A stretch of 64,000 nucleotides of DNA from Naegleria gruberi (lineage: Eukaryota), in NCBI GenBank assembly GCA_000004985.1, contig GG738866.1; one strand, given 5' to 3'. Below are positions 47,001-57,507 of the stretch, in pieces. The notes under the pieces are model-generated. The model did no database searches and had not been told where the DNA came from. It saw only the letters and a program-made list of their open reading frames with translations. Position 1 is the stretch's first letter. Each line of letters opens with the position of its first letter. A program made the translations under genes and the position numbers.

Positions 47001-47082
47001 AATTTCCGTATGGATTTGAAGTAGTTGTCTGAGATGGTTGATTCGTAGAGGTAGCTTGGAGAGGATTATAAAAGTTGTTCAT
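44068..47082 (-). CDS. SEC24: COPII coat component Sec24
   Basis: 1004-aa ORF; Pro/Gly/Thr-rich N-terminus; Sec23/24 zinc finger [34 protein letters not shown]; trunk, helical and gelsolin-like regions. Confidence 0.85.
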   Translation of the reverse strand: [1004 protein letters not shown]

Positions 47083-47402
47083 TTTTTCGATCCTGATTCT
47101 TTATTAAAATTTTTCAATTTTTTATGTTTGAGTTGCTGTTGGTTGTGCTGCGTCATCATTGCGTCACTTGTTGTGTAGGCTTGTTGGATTTTTCTCCAAC
47201 TCTGGAAGACGAGGGATCATCGTAACACGTAGCTTCATCACTGGATGAAGATTTGATATTGATAAAGGATACATATTGTGATGAGGAAGAAGGACAGTCT
47301 AACAATTTATCAAGTAAGCTAACGAGTAGTAATTGATCTCAAAATACAAAAATTACCAAGTACCTATGGTAATTGGAAACTTTTTCATGAACAAGCAAAA
47401 AA

Positions 47403-48680
47403 ATGTCCGAAGGAAGAAGTAGAATACACGAGCATGATGAAGAATTAACTGATGAAGAGACAAGAGATGTAGAATTAGGAGGTAATTCTGCTAACGATAA
47501 TCATCATCATCATAATAGATTACATTATTATGAACGTGATGAAGTGAGTAGAGTGAATCATGAGAGAGGAAAACAATTTAAAACTCTTGCTGGACGTCTT
47601 GCTTGGGTTGTTATTTGTTTTACTATTTTCGTATTGCTTTTATTGATTATATTATATTCGATTCGATCTGCTTATTTATTTTCCTATGATGAATCCTATA
47701 CGAGTAGTATTGAAAAGACTCCATCATTGAATGTTCAAGTTTATACAACAGGAAGAAGAGATCGAGTTTTATTTAATTATTTGACAAAAGTTGATGATTC
47801 GAGGAAGAAACCAACGAAGGGAAATATGTATCTGGAAATGGATGATAATGGAAATACCAAACCAACACTCTTGTTTGTTAATCCATTCCCAGAGAGTTGT
47901 GAAGGAGCTTTTTTACCAGCCATTACTGAATTGAAAGCTGATTTTACCATTCATTGTATTAATTTGAGAGGATTCGGAACAACTGAATCTACCAATGCAA
48001 ATGATGACAATTATTTAACACTTGCAGCTATGGCTAATGAATTGGCAGTTATTGTTGAAACTAAGAAACCACAAGATGAATTAATATTGATTGGACAAGA
48101 ATTTTCAGGAACAATTATTTATCTTCTTCTTCATCAAAAAGGTAAAACTTGGGTTGATAATTATTTGAAAGCTGTCATTTTGCTTAACAGTCCTCATCCA
48201 AAGATTTATTCTAGTCTATTGATTGCCAACGAAAGACAAAAGTTCTTCACCCAAAAGGTAATGACTGCCAAGACTGTAGGTGATTGGACTTCACTCTACT
48301 ATTCAAACAGTTCAACAGAACAAATCAAAAAGGTTGAAACTGAATGGGGCTCAAACAATCATTTTGAAATTATTAGAAAGTACATTTCTGTTAATTTTTT
48401 GGGTAGTGTTGATAGAGGAGTAACCTATGCCTTCCCAACAGACATTTCTACAGATTATGATTTTACTGATTTATTGGTCATATTCTCCAATAACCATCCA
48501 CTTATGGTCTATCCAGAAAATGTCATTGGGTTGGAAGATGTCAAAACAAAGGAAGTTAAGGGAGGTGTTTGGTTTGCCAGAGATCATCCACAAGAGTTTT
48601 CTGAAATTGTCAGAAATTTCGTCTTTTCTCTCATTCATGATAAATCTGATGACAAAGTGTCCAACTCTCCAACCCTCTGA
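47403..48680 (+). CDS. Membrane-anchored alpha/beta-hydrolase-fold protein (epoxide-hydrolase/esterase-like)
   Basis: N-terminal TM LAWVVICFTIFVLLLLIILYSI; LLFVNPFPESCEGAF…INLRGFG…LIGQEFSG… resembles the a/b-hydrolase core, but the nucleophile elbow is atypical. Confidence 0.4.
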   Translation: MSEGRSRIHEHDEELTDEETRDVELGGNSANDNHHHHNRLHYYERDEVSRVNHERGKQFKTLAGRLAWVVICFTIFVLLLLIILYSIRSAYLFSYDESYTSSIEKTPSLNVQVYTTGRRDRVLFNYLTKVDDSRKKPTKGNMYLEMDDNGNTKPTLLFVNPFPESCEGAFLPAITELKADFTIHCINLRGFGTTESTNANDDNYLTLAAMANELAVIVETKKPQDELILIGQEFSGTIIYLLLHQKGKTWVDNYLKAVILLNSPHPKIYSSLLIANERQKFFTQKVMTAKTVGDWTSLYYSNSSTEQIKKVETEWGSNNHFEIIRKYISVNFLGSVDRGVTYAFPTDISTDYDFTDLLVIFSNNHPLMVYPENVIGLEDVKTKEVKGGVWFARDHPQEFSEIVRNFVFSLIHDKSDDKVSNSPTL

Positions 48681-48799
48681 GACTGTTAAAATTCACACAC
48701 AACCACAATCAACAAATCCTTATTTATTTAATTCCTTTCCACAAAAACTTGATTTTCCACCTACAGGTTGAAAGGATTTTACAATCACACACAAAAAAA

Positions 48800-50350
48800 A
48801 TGTCTCCTCACACGAATGTGTTACATAATCAGCAACAAGAAGAACACCAGGTGGATAGCGATTCGGAAGGAGACGCAATTATGAGTGAGTCGTCAAAAGA
48901 TAATCAACATCAGCTTGAAAAGAATAATTTAATAAATGATCATAGCCTTGATGATGTAACAAATAGTATTAACAATAATTTAATAATTATTCCTGATGAT
49001 AGTAATAATAACAATAATTTAATTTCGGAAGGAAATAATACATCAACTAATAATAATACTAATAACAATGAAATTGAAATGTATGATGATTGGTACAAGG
49101 AGGAACATATTCAATTCCTTCAAGCCTTTAAAAGATATGGAACTGATTGGGAGAAGGTTATGCAATGTCTTCCATCGAGAAATGATTTGGAACAAGTGAA
49201 ATCACATGGTATTAGATATTTGCAGAATGGTAAATTGGGACCTGCCTATTATGAGTATGTGGAAAGGCAAGAACAAATTCGAGAAAGTGCAATGAATGAT
49301 TCAATATCAGATGAGGAAGAATCAGATGAGGAGGATGCTATTGTGAGACATAGTCCATACTTGACTACTCCAGAAAGTTTGGCAAGTGCATTCTTGACCA
49401 ATAGGGAGAGTGTTAGAGAGTGGAATTTGGAAACGAGACGATTTGAAACTAATGTGGAAAAGGTCAAGAATAAGGAACCTGTTGATTGTTCTGCTGCCTC
49501 ATCAAGTAGTCTTCATACTGATAAGCTTTCTCTCATTCAATCAAATTATGGAGAATTATTGGACACATTGGATGTTGAAAAGCAAACTCAAATGATGGAT
49601 GAGGAGGTTAAATTAATGAGACAGGATTATAGAATGAAGAAATTAACGCCATTCGAAAGAATTGTAGTGCAAGAATCTAGGGAGAAAATTGAACAATTAA
49701 TTGGAAAGCAAGTTCAAGATGAACCACCAATTATTGAACCAATTTCAATAATTGAATCCAATCCTCAATCATTGAATGATGAGGATACACAAACAAATGG
49801 AGCATTACCATCTGCATCTAATAATTCAACACCATCCACCACTACTGCCAATAATAATCCAACAATAGTAACACCACCAATCAATCCAGAACTACTTACC
49901 AATCAACCAAACTTTAGAAATATTTACACATTTTTGGGAGCTCTATTTGAACCAACCAGATATGATACAGAAGAGCTAGGTGCCATGTTATCACCACAGG
50001 AGAAGGAAATTCTTCAAATTCTGCTTCATAATCTTTCAATTACACTTTCCACCCAACAATTCCAAGAGGAATACTCTACCTATGTACAACAAATATCCTC
50101 TAGCCAAACATTAAGGCAGCAGCAACAACAACAAGCCTCTTCAAATTTGGCTGTCAATCCAGCGAACAATGCTTCCTCATCTACAAGTAATGACACCACT
50201 ACAACAAATAATGAAACCACTGCAGTAAATGCTTCAACAAGCATTGTAAATCCATTTGCAGGTCAATCCCAAATGTCAATGTTACAATTACTTTCTAGTG
50301 AAGATCCACAACAACACCCACCACCTTTTAATAATATTAATTTCTTTTAA
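48800..50350 (+). CDS. Myb/SANT-like DNA-binding domain protein with N- and Q-rich low-complexity regions
   Basis: WYKEEHIQFLQAFKRYGTDWEKVMQCLPSRNDLEQVKSHGIRYLQ fits the SANT/Myb helix-turn-helix pattern (SHAQKYF-like); start refined to the AAAAAAATG at 48800 (the ORF extends to 48749). Confidence 0.55.
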   Translation: MSPHTNVLHNQQQEEHQVDSDSEGDAIMSESSKDNQHQLEKNNLINDHSLDDVTNSINNNLIIIPDDSNNNNNLISEGNNTSTNNNTNNNEIEMYDDWYKEEHIQFLQAFKRYGTDWEKVMQCLPSRNDLEQVKSHGIRYLQNGKLGPAYYEYVERQEQIRESAMNDSISDEEESDEEDAIVRHSPYLTTPESLASAFLTNRESVREWNLETRRFETNVEKVKNKEPVDCSAASSSSLHTDKLSLIQSNYGELLDTLDVEKQTQMMDEEVKLMRQDYRMKKLTPFERIVVQESREKIEQLIGKQVQDEPPIIEPISIIESNPQSLNDEDTQTNGALPSASNNSTPSTTTANNNPTIVTPPINPELLTNQPNFRNIYTFLGALFEPTRYDTEELGAMLSPQEKEILQILLHNLSITLSTQQFQEEYSTYVQQISSSQTLRQQQQQQASSNLAVNPANNASSSTSNDTTTTNNETTAVNASTSIVNPFAGQSQMSMLQLLSSEDPQQHPPPFNNINFF

Positions 50351-50453
50351 TTAGCTCATAGTCAACCAACCTAGGAAAAACATAACATTCAATAATAGCA
50401 ATAAATTAAGATAGTTTATATTTACAAAACTGTTCATCTATTCAATTCTGAAT

Positions 50454-51225
50454 TTAATTGAATGGTTGAGGTGGATAACCATAAGGATTGAATGGTTGTG
50501 GTTGCATACCGTATGGTTGAGGTGGCATACCATATGGTTGAGGAGGAGGAACTCCCATACCCATATTCATATTCATTCCCATGCCCATATTCATTCCCAT
50601 TCCCATTCCCATACCTCCAAAACGATGTCTGTAAGATGGAATTGGTTGAATGTATGAAGCACCTCCAGCCATAATGAACAAGTAAGCTGCAAATGAATTA
50701 GTCACAAATTATTGAATAATTTCAAAACATACCATTAACAAATTCATCAATGGTCATGACTCCATTACCATCACGATCCTATTTCAAATTTCTAATAAAA
50801 TTGCAAAATAAAACTAAAACTTACCATCATTCTGAAAAGGAATTTAGCTTGATGTGGAGGAATACCACTATTTTAAATCAATCATATTAATATTACTATT
50901 TAAAAAATCATTATAAAACATACAAATGAGTAGCAGCAGCAAATTTGAATTCCTTCTTTGAAAGAGTTCCACTACGATTGAGATCGTATTGCCAGAAAAT
51001 TTGTTGAGCTGCTTGCATGTAATTCATACGATTGACCATGACATGAGGAGGCTAATTAGGGAGAAATTTGGGAATTTTTCATCATTATGAGAAAAATGTA
51101 AAAAAACAACTTACAACAACGAAACCTTGTGGCAACCAAGTTGGTTGACCCATTCCTTGCCAATAAGTGGTAACAGTAGTTGTGGTAGTAGAACCTGGTT
51201 GTTGATATGATCCGTAGCCGTACAT
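50454..51225 (-). CDS. EF-hand Ca2+-binding protein (about 185 aa, 5 exons) with a G/Y-rich N-terminus and a (GM)n / PQPYG-repeat C-terminus
   Basis: Exons 51225-51115, 51051-50924, 50867-50825, 50778-50733, 50686-50454; introns of 63, 56, 46 and 46 bp, all GTAAGT or GTATGT to AG and all frame-restoring. EF loops DLNRSGTLSKKE and DRDGNGVMTIDE. Confidence 0.7.
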
Positions 51226-51656
51226 TTTTTCTATAAATTTTCATCATCACCCACCGATAAATCATTCATCATCATCATGATGAAAATATTTTCATTCGAA
51301 TAATTATTATTATGTAAATAGATATTGGATCACACAATTGTTTTTCAAGACGTGTGTATTTTGGTCAATCATTTAATAAATATATTGATCAAATAATTTG
51401 TTGAGAGTAGGAAGAGAGAAAATCAACGGTTAGTGGTAGTGTGGGAATATGACAAGATCAAAAATTTATCCGAACATTAGAATTGTTACATACAGTTGTT
51501 GTGAATTTTTTTGCTTGTTTTGGGGCGATTTCCAGGTCATGATTTATTATTAGAGTGCCAAATTAGAATCACCCTGTAACAAGTTAATTTGGAACAAACT
51601 TTACAATACAAGTACATGTAAATTTCGACTGTTTTTATCAATTAAAGATACATTTA

Positions 51657-54600
51657 TTAAGGATGAAGAGTATTGTCAATTGAAGTCAGTGTATACTCAC
51701 AAACATCTTCTTGGCCTGTTTTTGATCTGTCCTGTTTTGGGGTTTGATTTTGGAATTGATATAAATTTTGTTGTGATCCATTGTTGGAACCACCATACAT
51801 GGAATTAGATCTGGAGCGAGCTCTTTCAACTTCACCCAAATCAACTCTGAGTGGTGGATATTCTCTCTGTTGAATTTCTGGACATTTCACTTCAAATATT
51901 CTTGTTGATTCAGAAAGCCCTTTTAGTGGATAAACTCCCAAATCTCTAGCAGAGAACACTCTCTCAGCTTGAATTCTCTGTCTTTTCTTGGAGAAACTTG
52001 AACTGGACGAGAAGCTGGCACTATTGGTTTCATCAACATTTAAAAAGTTACTATAACCTGCTTCAACATTTGCTTCATCCAAGTATTGGACATCCTTATA
52101 AAGAGATCTGGTCTTGTAGAATAAATCCTCGCTCACACATACTTGACCACCATGGGCCAAGGCTTCAATACGGGCAGACTTGTTTACAACAGTACCAAAA
52201 TAATCATATCTCTTCATTGTCTTGTCAAAAACACAGTCACCCTTACCATAATGCAAACCAATTCTCACTCTCAAACCACTCCAATAGGCTTTTCTTGTCT
52301 TAGAGTCCCACTCTTGTCTACAATCCCATTCATGATATAGATCACTAGGCCATTTAGCTGAAAGCAATTCTAATTGAACAGCCATAGCCCACAACATGGC
52401 ATCATATGGATCTCTGAAAGCAACATAAAAACTGTCACCGTTCGTCTTTACTTCATACCCTCTATAGAGTTGGAGATTTCTTCTCATTATTTGATTGTGA
52501 ATTTCCAAAGATTCCCTCATAGCCTTCTCATTACCTTGCCACAACTTGGTACTATTCTGAACATCAGTGAATGCACAAGTGATAAAACCTGATTTAGGTG
52601 CATACTTTTCGCTTGAATCCTTTCTAAAACAGCATAAAAGCAGTGTCATTATAGAACATGCACAAATAATGCAAACGGCAGAACCAATAGAAATACCAAC
52701 AATTGCACCAGTTGAAAGTGTTCTTACTATTGGTTTCAATCCACATGTGTCTAGATCTAATTTATAGGTGGTATTCAAATTTGAAGAAGCATATTGCAAG
52801 TACAACATTTTAGAACCTTGATTACATCCACAAGTAGTCATATCCAAATCACAATTAGATGAGGAAATAGATCTTGCACTAATTGTTGTTGAAGAAGTGG
52901 TAGGACAGGTGTCCCCATAAGGTCCAAAATAATCTTCACCTAACTCAAAAACTGATCTCAAAAATAACGAAGAAGTAAATGTTGATCTAGTCATTTCAAT
53001 ATTTGCTTGTTGCATATAGCTTAAAATGTTCGATACCATTGTTGCAAGGGCATAGCCTTCATAGGCTTCCATAGTCTTATTCAAATTAGGGAAATATGCT
53101 GGATAATCAATCAGAAATTCTCTGGCCATTATATTTGTTGAGCCCGCTTTAGCAAATGAAATAAGGAAAGAAGTGGAAATAATATTGGAAGGGAATGTGA
53201 ATCCTTTGAATTCCACATCTGACATGACCTCAGATGGAATGAGAATAAGTGAAGATGATCCTGTATATCTGTTCAAAAAGTCCTTCACATCCACAGCACT
53301 GGCCATCACAATAACAACATCTCCCAAACTTTGTGTCCAATCAACAACACTTCTGGATCTAGAAAATTGCTTGTATGAAGGAGTTATATCTTCATTACTT
53401 GTCTTGAAGAAGTAAGTTACGTTAGCCACGGCTGATTTCCAATACTGATCAGTACTGTGAATGATTGTAACATCTGGTTCCGTAATGATGCTACTCGCAT
53501 ATCTTGTTGCTGAAACTACTTCTTCAACAATACTTGGTCTCAAATTCACTACATATCTTGAGTATGGATATCTCAACTCTGGATGTCCTGAAACAGATCC
53601 TATCATTGCTACTTGGTATGAGTTCAACACATCTCTAATAGCAGATACATTACCAGTAATTACAGAGCCCAAAATACCAAATACCTTATTCTTTTCAATA
53701 AGGGTTTTAGCCTTTGAAATAATATCTGTCTCATCAGTATAATACTCTGAATAAATGTGTACTTGTGTATCGATAGTACCTTTCTCATTCATTTTGGAGA
53801 AGAGTGATTGAATACCAGTTACCAGATCATTGTTGACATTCTTATATGAAGAGGGATAAAGTCCTCCAAATATGATTGGACTCTTGATACCAGTAGAAGC
53901 TATAATGCTGTCCTTCTGAGCTCCACATTTTTCCTTGTTGTACACAAAATTATCAACCAACTCAAAGGATGTGCCAGTGTATTGGTAAATAAAATGAGAT
54001 CTCATGCCTTGATTACAGGAACCAGACATAAATTTACCAAATGGAATTTGGTATTTCAAAAATTCCTTACTGGAATATAATGTTTCATAGATGGATTTAC
54101 CATTGATAGTTGAAGTAAGAGGAATATTATCTAACACTTCAATAATAAAACTTCCAACAAGGAAACCTTCGACTGCTCCCAAAGTGGTTGGATTTGTTTC
54201 ATAGTATTTAGCCATTATTGAAGAATAAGAATCTATGAGAGTATGTTTCACGCTGAGATAAGGGAATGATTGTGAAATGTAGAATTTAACACTAGACATA
54301 GAAGGATTAGAAAGAAGATTGGATAGTTCTGCCTCCCATGAAATCTGCCTAAAGAAGAGACAAAAGACATGAATCTCATTTCTCAGACCAACAGATTTGA
54401 TACCTTCCAATACTGATTGTAAATATTTGAAACTAGTAACATCTTCAGGAATGGAAATGATAACTACTTGAGGATTTGCATCTTGGGAAAGTGAGTTGGT
54501 AATCAAAGATGAATTAACAGTTTGATCCATAGAAAATAGATAGCTACTGTCAATAGCTAGTCCATATGCTGAAATGATGGAAGAGAATTCTGAAAAGATG

Positions 54601-56647
54601 TTCTGACCATCCTTGCAGTTAGATCCCACAAACGAAAATCTGGACAATCCCAAAGTATTCATTCCAAAACTCATAATTGCTAGTATTCTTTCTCTAACAG
54701 TTAGTGTAACGAGAGCAACATTATTATAGAAGGTTGATCTCAATGCTGGTGAATCGTAGCCAGTTAGAGGTGAAATCATGACAATACTAGGGAAATTCGA
54801 GGAAAATTCCCCAATAAAATCCTTCATTACAGACTCGGCAGCTTTGCTTCCTACTAAGCCGACAATATCATGATCTACCACAAAGTTCCTTGTTGCTGAA
54901 ATCAAAGTTGAGGAGTTGTAGCTTTCCGAGACTGACAATACTTCAATTCTTCTTCCTCTGACTCCTTTCTGTAAATCATTTCTGTCATTAAAAGCAGCCA
55001 ACAATCCCATTAAAAAGTCATTGTCGTAAACACTTCCATCAGATGTATGCCCAAAAATGATTGGAAGCGAAATCTTTGTTGGATCAAAAAAGCAAGTAAA
55101 AGTGGAGGATCCAGGTAAATCCCAAGTCATTGGCTCACCAATTTCCGAGAATGAATTGTCTGTGTTTTGAATGGTTTTCCACACAGCCCTCATACCTTGG
55201 TTACATGAGCAAGAGGACATGTATGCATCATCTAATGTTATTAGACTTCTCTTATTGAGCTTGATACTTGGTGCAAGAGAAGCTGTCAAACTGTGTAGCA
55301 CAAGAGGATTAGAAATTTGCTCCTCGAAAAAGAAATATCGTCTTCTGCTCTGAACAGTTGTGCATTTAGTATAAGGACCTACTACTTGATTGTCCATAAT
55401 GTAGGTAGAGGATGAATAAATTAAGTTGATAAAATTGTCTCTGGTCAAGTCGCCTGAAACTCTCTGGGTGAGTACACTGATTGCAAGTTTACCAGCCATG
55501 TATCCTTCCAATTCTACAATGGATGGTACGTAGGATGGATTCAGAGCTTTCATGGCTCTTTGATAAGACAACACAATTGGATATTTGGTATTTGTTGGAG
55601 CTGGATATACTTGGGTAATTACAATGCTTGATCGATAGGGTAATGGATTTGATCCAATGAATGATCCTGTCATGAAAATGATATTCGAATCAAAGTCAGT
55701 CCTATTCTTTACAGCCTCAATAAAAGCAACTGTTGGCTTGTAGGTTGACATGCAAATGATTGCTTGTGGTTTTCCCTTGACAATATCCTCTACTGCCTGG
55801 GCAACATTAATGGTATTTCTCTCGTATTTACCCTATTAAGGTGAGATAGTAGCAACATTACTCAGTTGTGTTGTAATTTTGAGAATTATAATAATAACAT
55901 ACCATTGAGGTCAAATTCATTCCCAGTGGTTTAAGCGCAAGGGTTGATCCATCCACTCCTGACAGACCAAATGCATCGTTTTGATAAAAGATGGAGATTC
56001 TTCTCACCATTTTGACATTTACCAAATACTCAACCATTGCGGCGCACTCGTCCTGATAACTGGCTCTCACATTAATAATATTTGGTACGAAAGGATGTCT
56101 CATAAAAAGACCACCTGTTAAGGCTCCAACAAATGGCATTTTAGATGCAGTAATAAGGTCAAGAATTGCCTGACTGGTACCAGTTCCCATAAACCCAATA
56201 AATCCAAATATTGTATGGTTGCTAAGAAGAGTGAGTGTATTGTTGACACATCGAGCTGGCTCATAGCCATCATCAACAGAGTACAGGCGAAGTTTCTTAC
56301 CTCCCCACACACCTCCTAATTCGTTGATTTCCTTAAATGCAGCTTGAATGCCAACCATGAGCGGATAGCCCAGTCTGTTTTTCAACAGTGATGAATCATA
56401 CATAATGTTAAATTCATTGCAAATAACAAAAATACAGTATTATTCACACCTCATCTTTAACATTTAAAACTTACTCTCTGGTCTGTCCAGTAAGGGCAGT
56501 TGATTGCCCGAACCAAATATCGGTCTCATCATTCCATTTTTTGTCGTACTCTGTCTGGTCAAAGGTAAAAGATGTGTTAACAGTATTTCTATTCATCAAT
56601 ACAATAAGCAGCACGATTAATATTAATATTTTCAAAATATTCTTCAT
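51657..56647 (-). CDS. Receptor-type class III adenylate/guanylate cyclase (about 1600 aa): signal peptide, tandem periplasmic-binding-protein (ANF-receptor-like) ligand-binding modules, TM, cyclase homology domain
   Basis: Three exons: 56647-56475 (signal peptide MKNILKILILIVLLIVLM), 56374-55903, 55832-51657. Introns 56474-56375 (GTAAGT..ACAG) and 55902-55833 (GTATGT..ATAG) are in phase. PBP-like motifs (LMVGIQAAFKEINELGG, IVGLVGS…). CNQG motif recurs three times (SCNQGMRAVW, SCNQGMRSHF, CGCNQGSKML). TM AIVGISIGSAVCIICACSIMTLLLCCF; CHD FTDVQNSTKLW…VKTNGDSFYVAF…. Confidence 0.85.
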
Positions 56648-57012
56648 TTTAGTTGTACTGCTCTTACTATATATCGGCGTAAGGTGCCCTATATTACTAG
56701 AACTACTATTATATTTACAATTTGATGAATTCATCCTAGAGTTTTTAAATTTCCTCCTTAATGCAATTTGTTATTAAAGTTTCTTAGTAGAGCAAGAACC
56801 AAACGCTCCACAATTTTTCGGTATTGCTGTTGTTTTTTTCGCTTGTTCAAAGTTGCTTCTTCTTTGAGACCAGCCTTTCCCTCGATTGAACTACGCGCTT
56901 GTGGGGGCTGTAATTTGAGGCGTTTGTTACGTTGTTTTTTGTACGTTCCTTAATAGCGGCAAGTATTTTTGTCTTTGGTTAAATTATCACTGTTTTAGAA
57001 AGAAAGAATCTC

Positions 57013-57306
57013 TTAACAAGATTCATAGTCAACCGATGAGGAGGACATTAAGGTCCATTCACTAATGTTCACCACACCTACTTGATCGCCTCCAACATGA
57101 ATTCCTATTAACATGCCTTCTGAATTTAAAACAGGAGCATCACTTATTCCTCTCAATGTTGGACAAGTGTGAGTAGAGAGGCATTTTGGAGAATTGGCCT
57201 TCACCTCACATGCAATCTTGGTTTCGAAGTAGCCCATCACATTACCTTCCTTAGAGTCCGTGGTGCTATTCACCTGCTGAATGTCTTCTAAGGCTGGCTG
57301 TTCCAT
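57013..57306 (-). pseudogene. Trypsin-fold serine protease C-terminal half only (gene relic or isolated exon)
   Basis: 97-aa ORF with …CPTLRGISDAPVLNSEGMLIGIHVGG… aligning to the GDSGGP…G.V.GI.S.G region of chymotrypsin/HtrA-like proteases; no room or ORF for the His/Asp-bearing N-terminal half before the divergent gene at 57508. Confidence 0.35.
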
Positions 57307-57507
57307 ATAGCTGGTGCCACGAACATTTCAAAGACATAATCAACTGATTGGATTAATCTTTTAATTCAGCTTGTTGATTCTCAATCTTTTTGTTAATTGT
57401 TATTTGATTGGATGTTTCTAAATATTTGCTTCTCCAAATTTTAAAAAAGCTCTGTTACTTCCCATTCAATTTAAATATTAAATAATATTAAAAATAATTA
57501 AAAAAAA

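Noticed and set aside
55858-56403. ORF-track start MYDSSLLKNRLG… (ATG at 56403) for the second cyclase exon
   Set aside because: That ATG lies inside intron 1 (56375-56474). The exon actually begins at the ACAG acceptor (56374) and is joined in phase to the signal-peptide exon. An in-frame TAA sits 8 codons upstream of the false ATG
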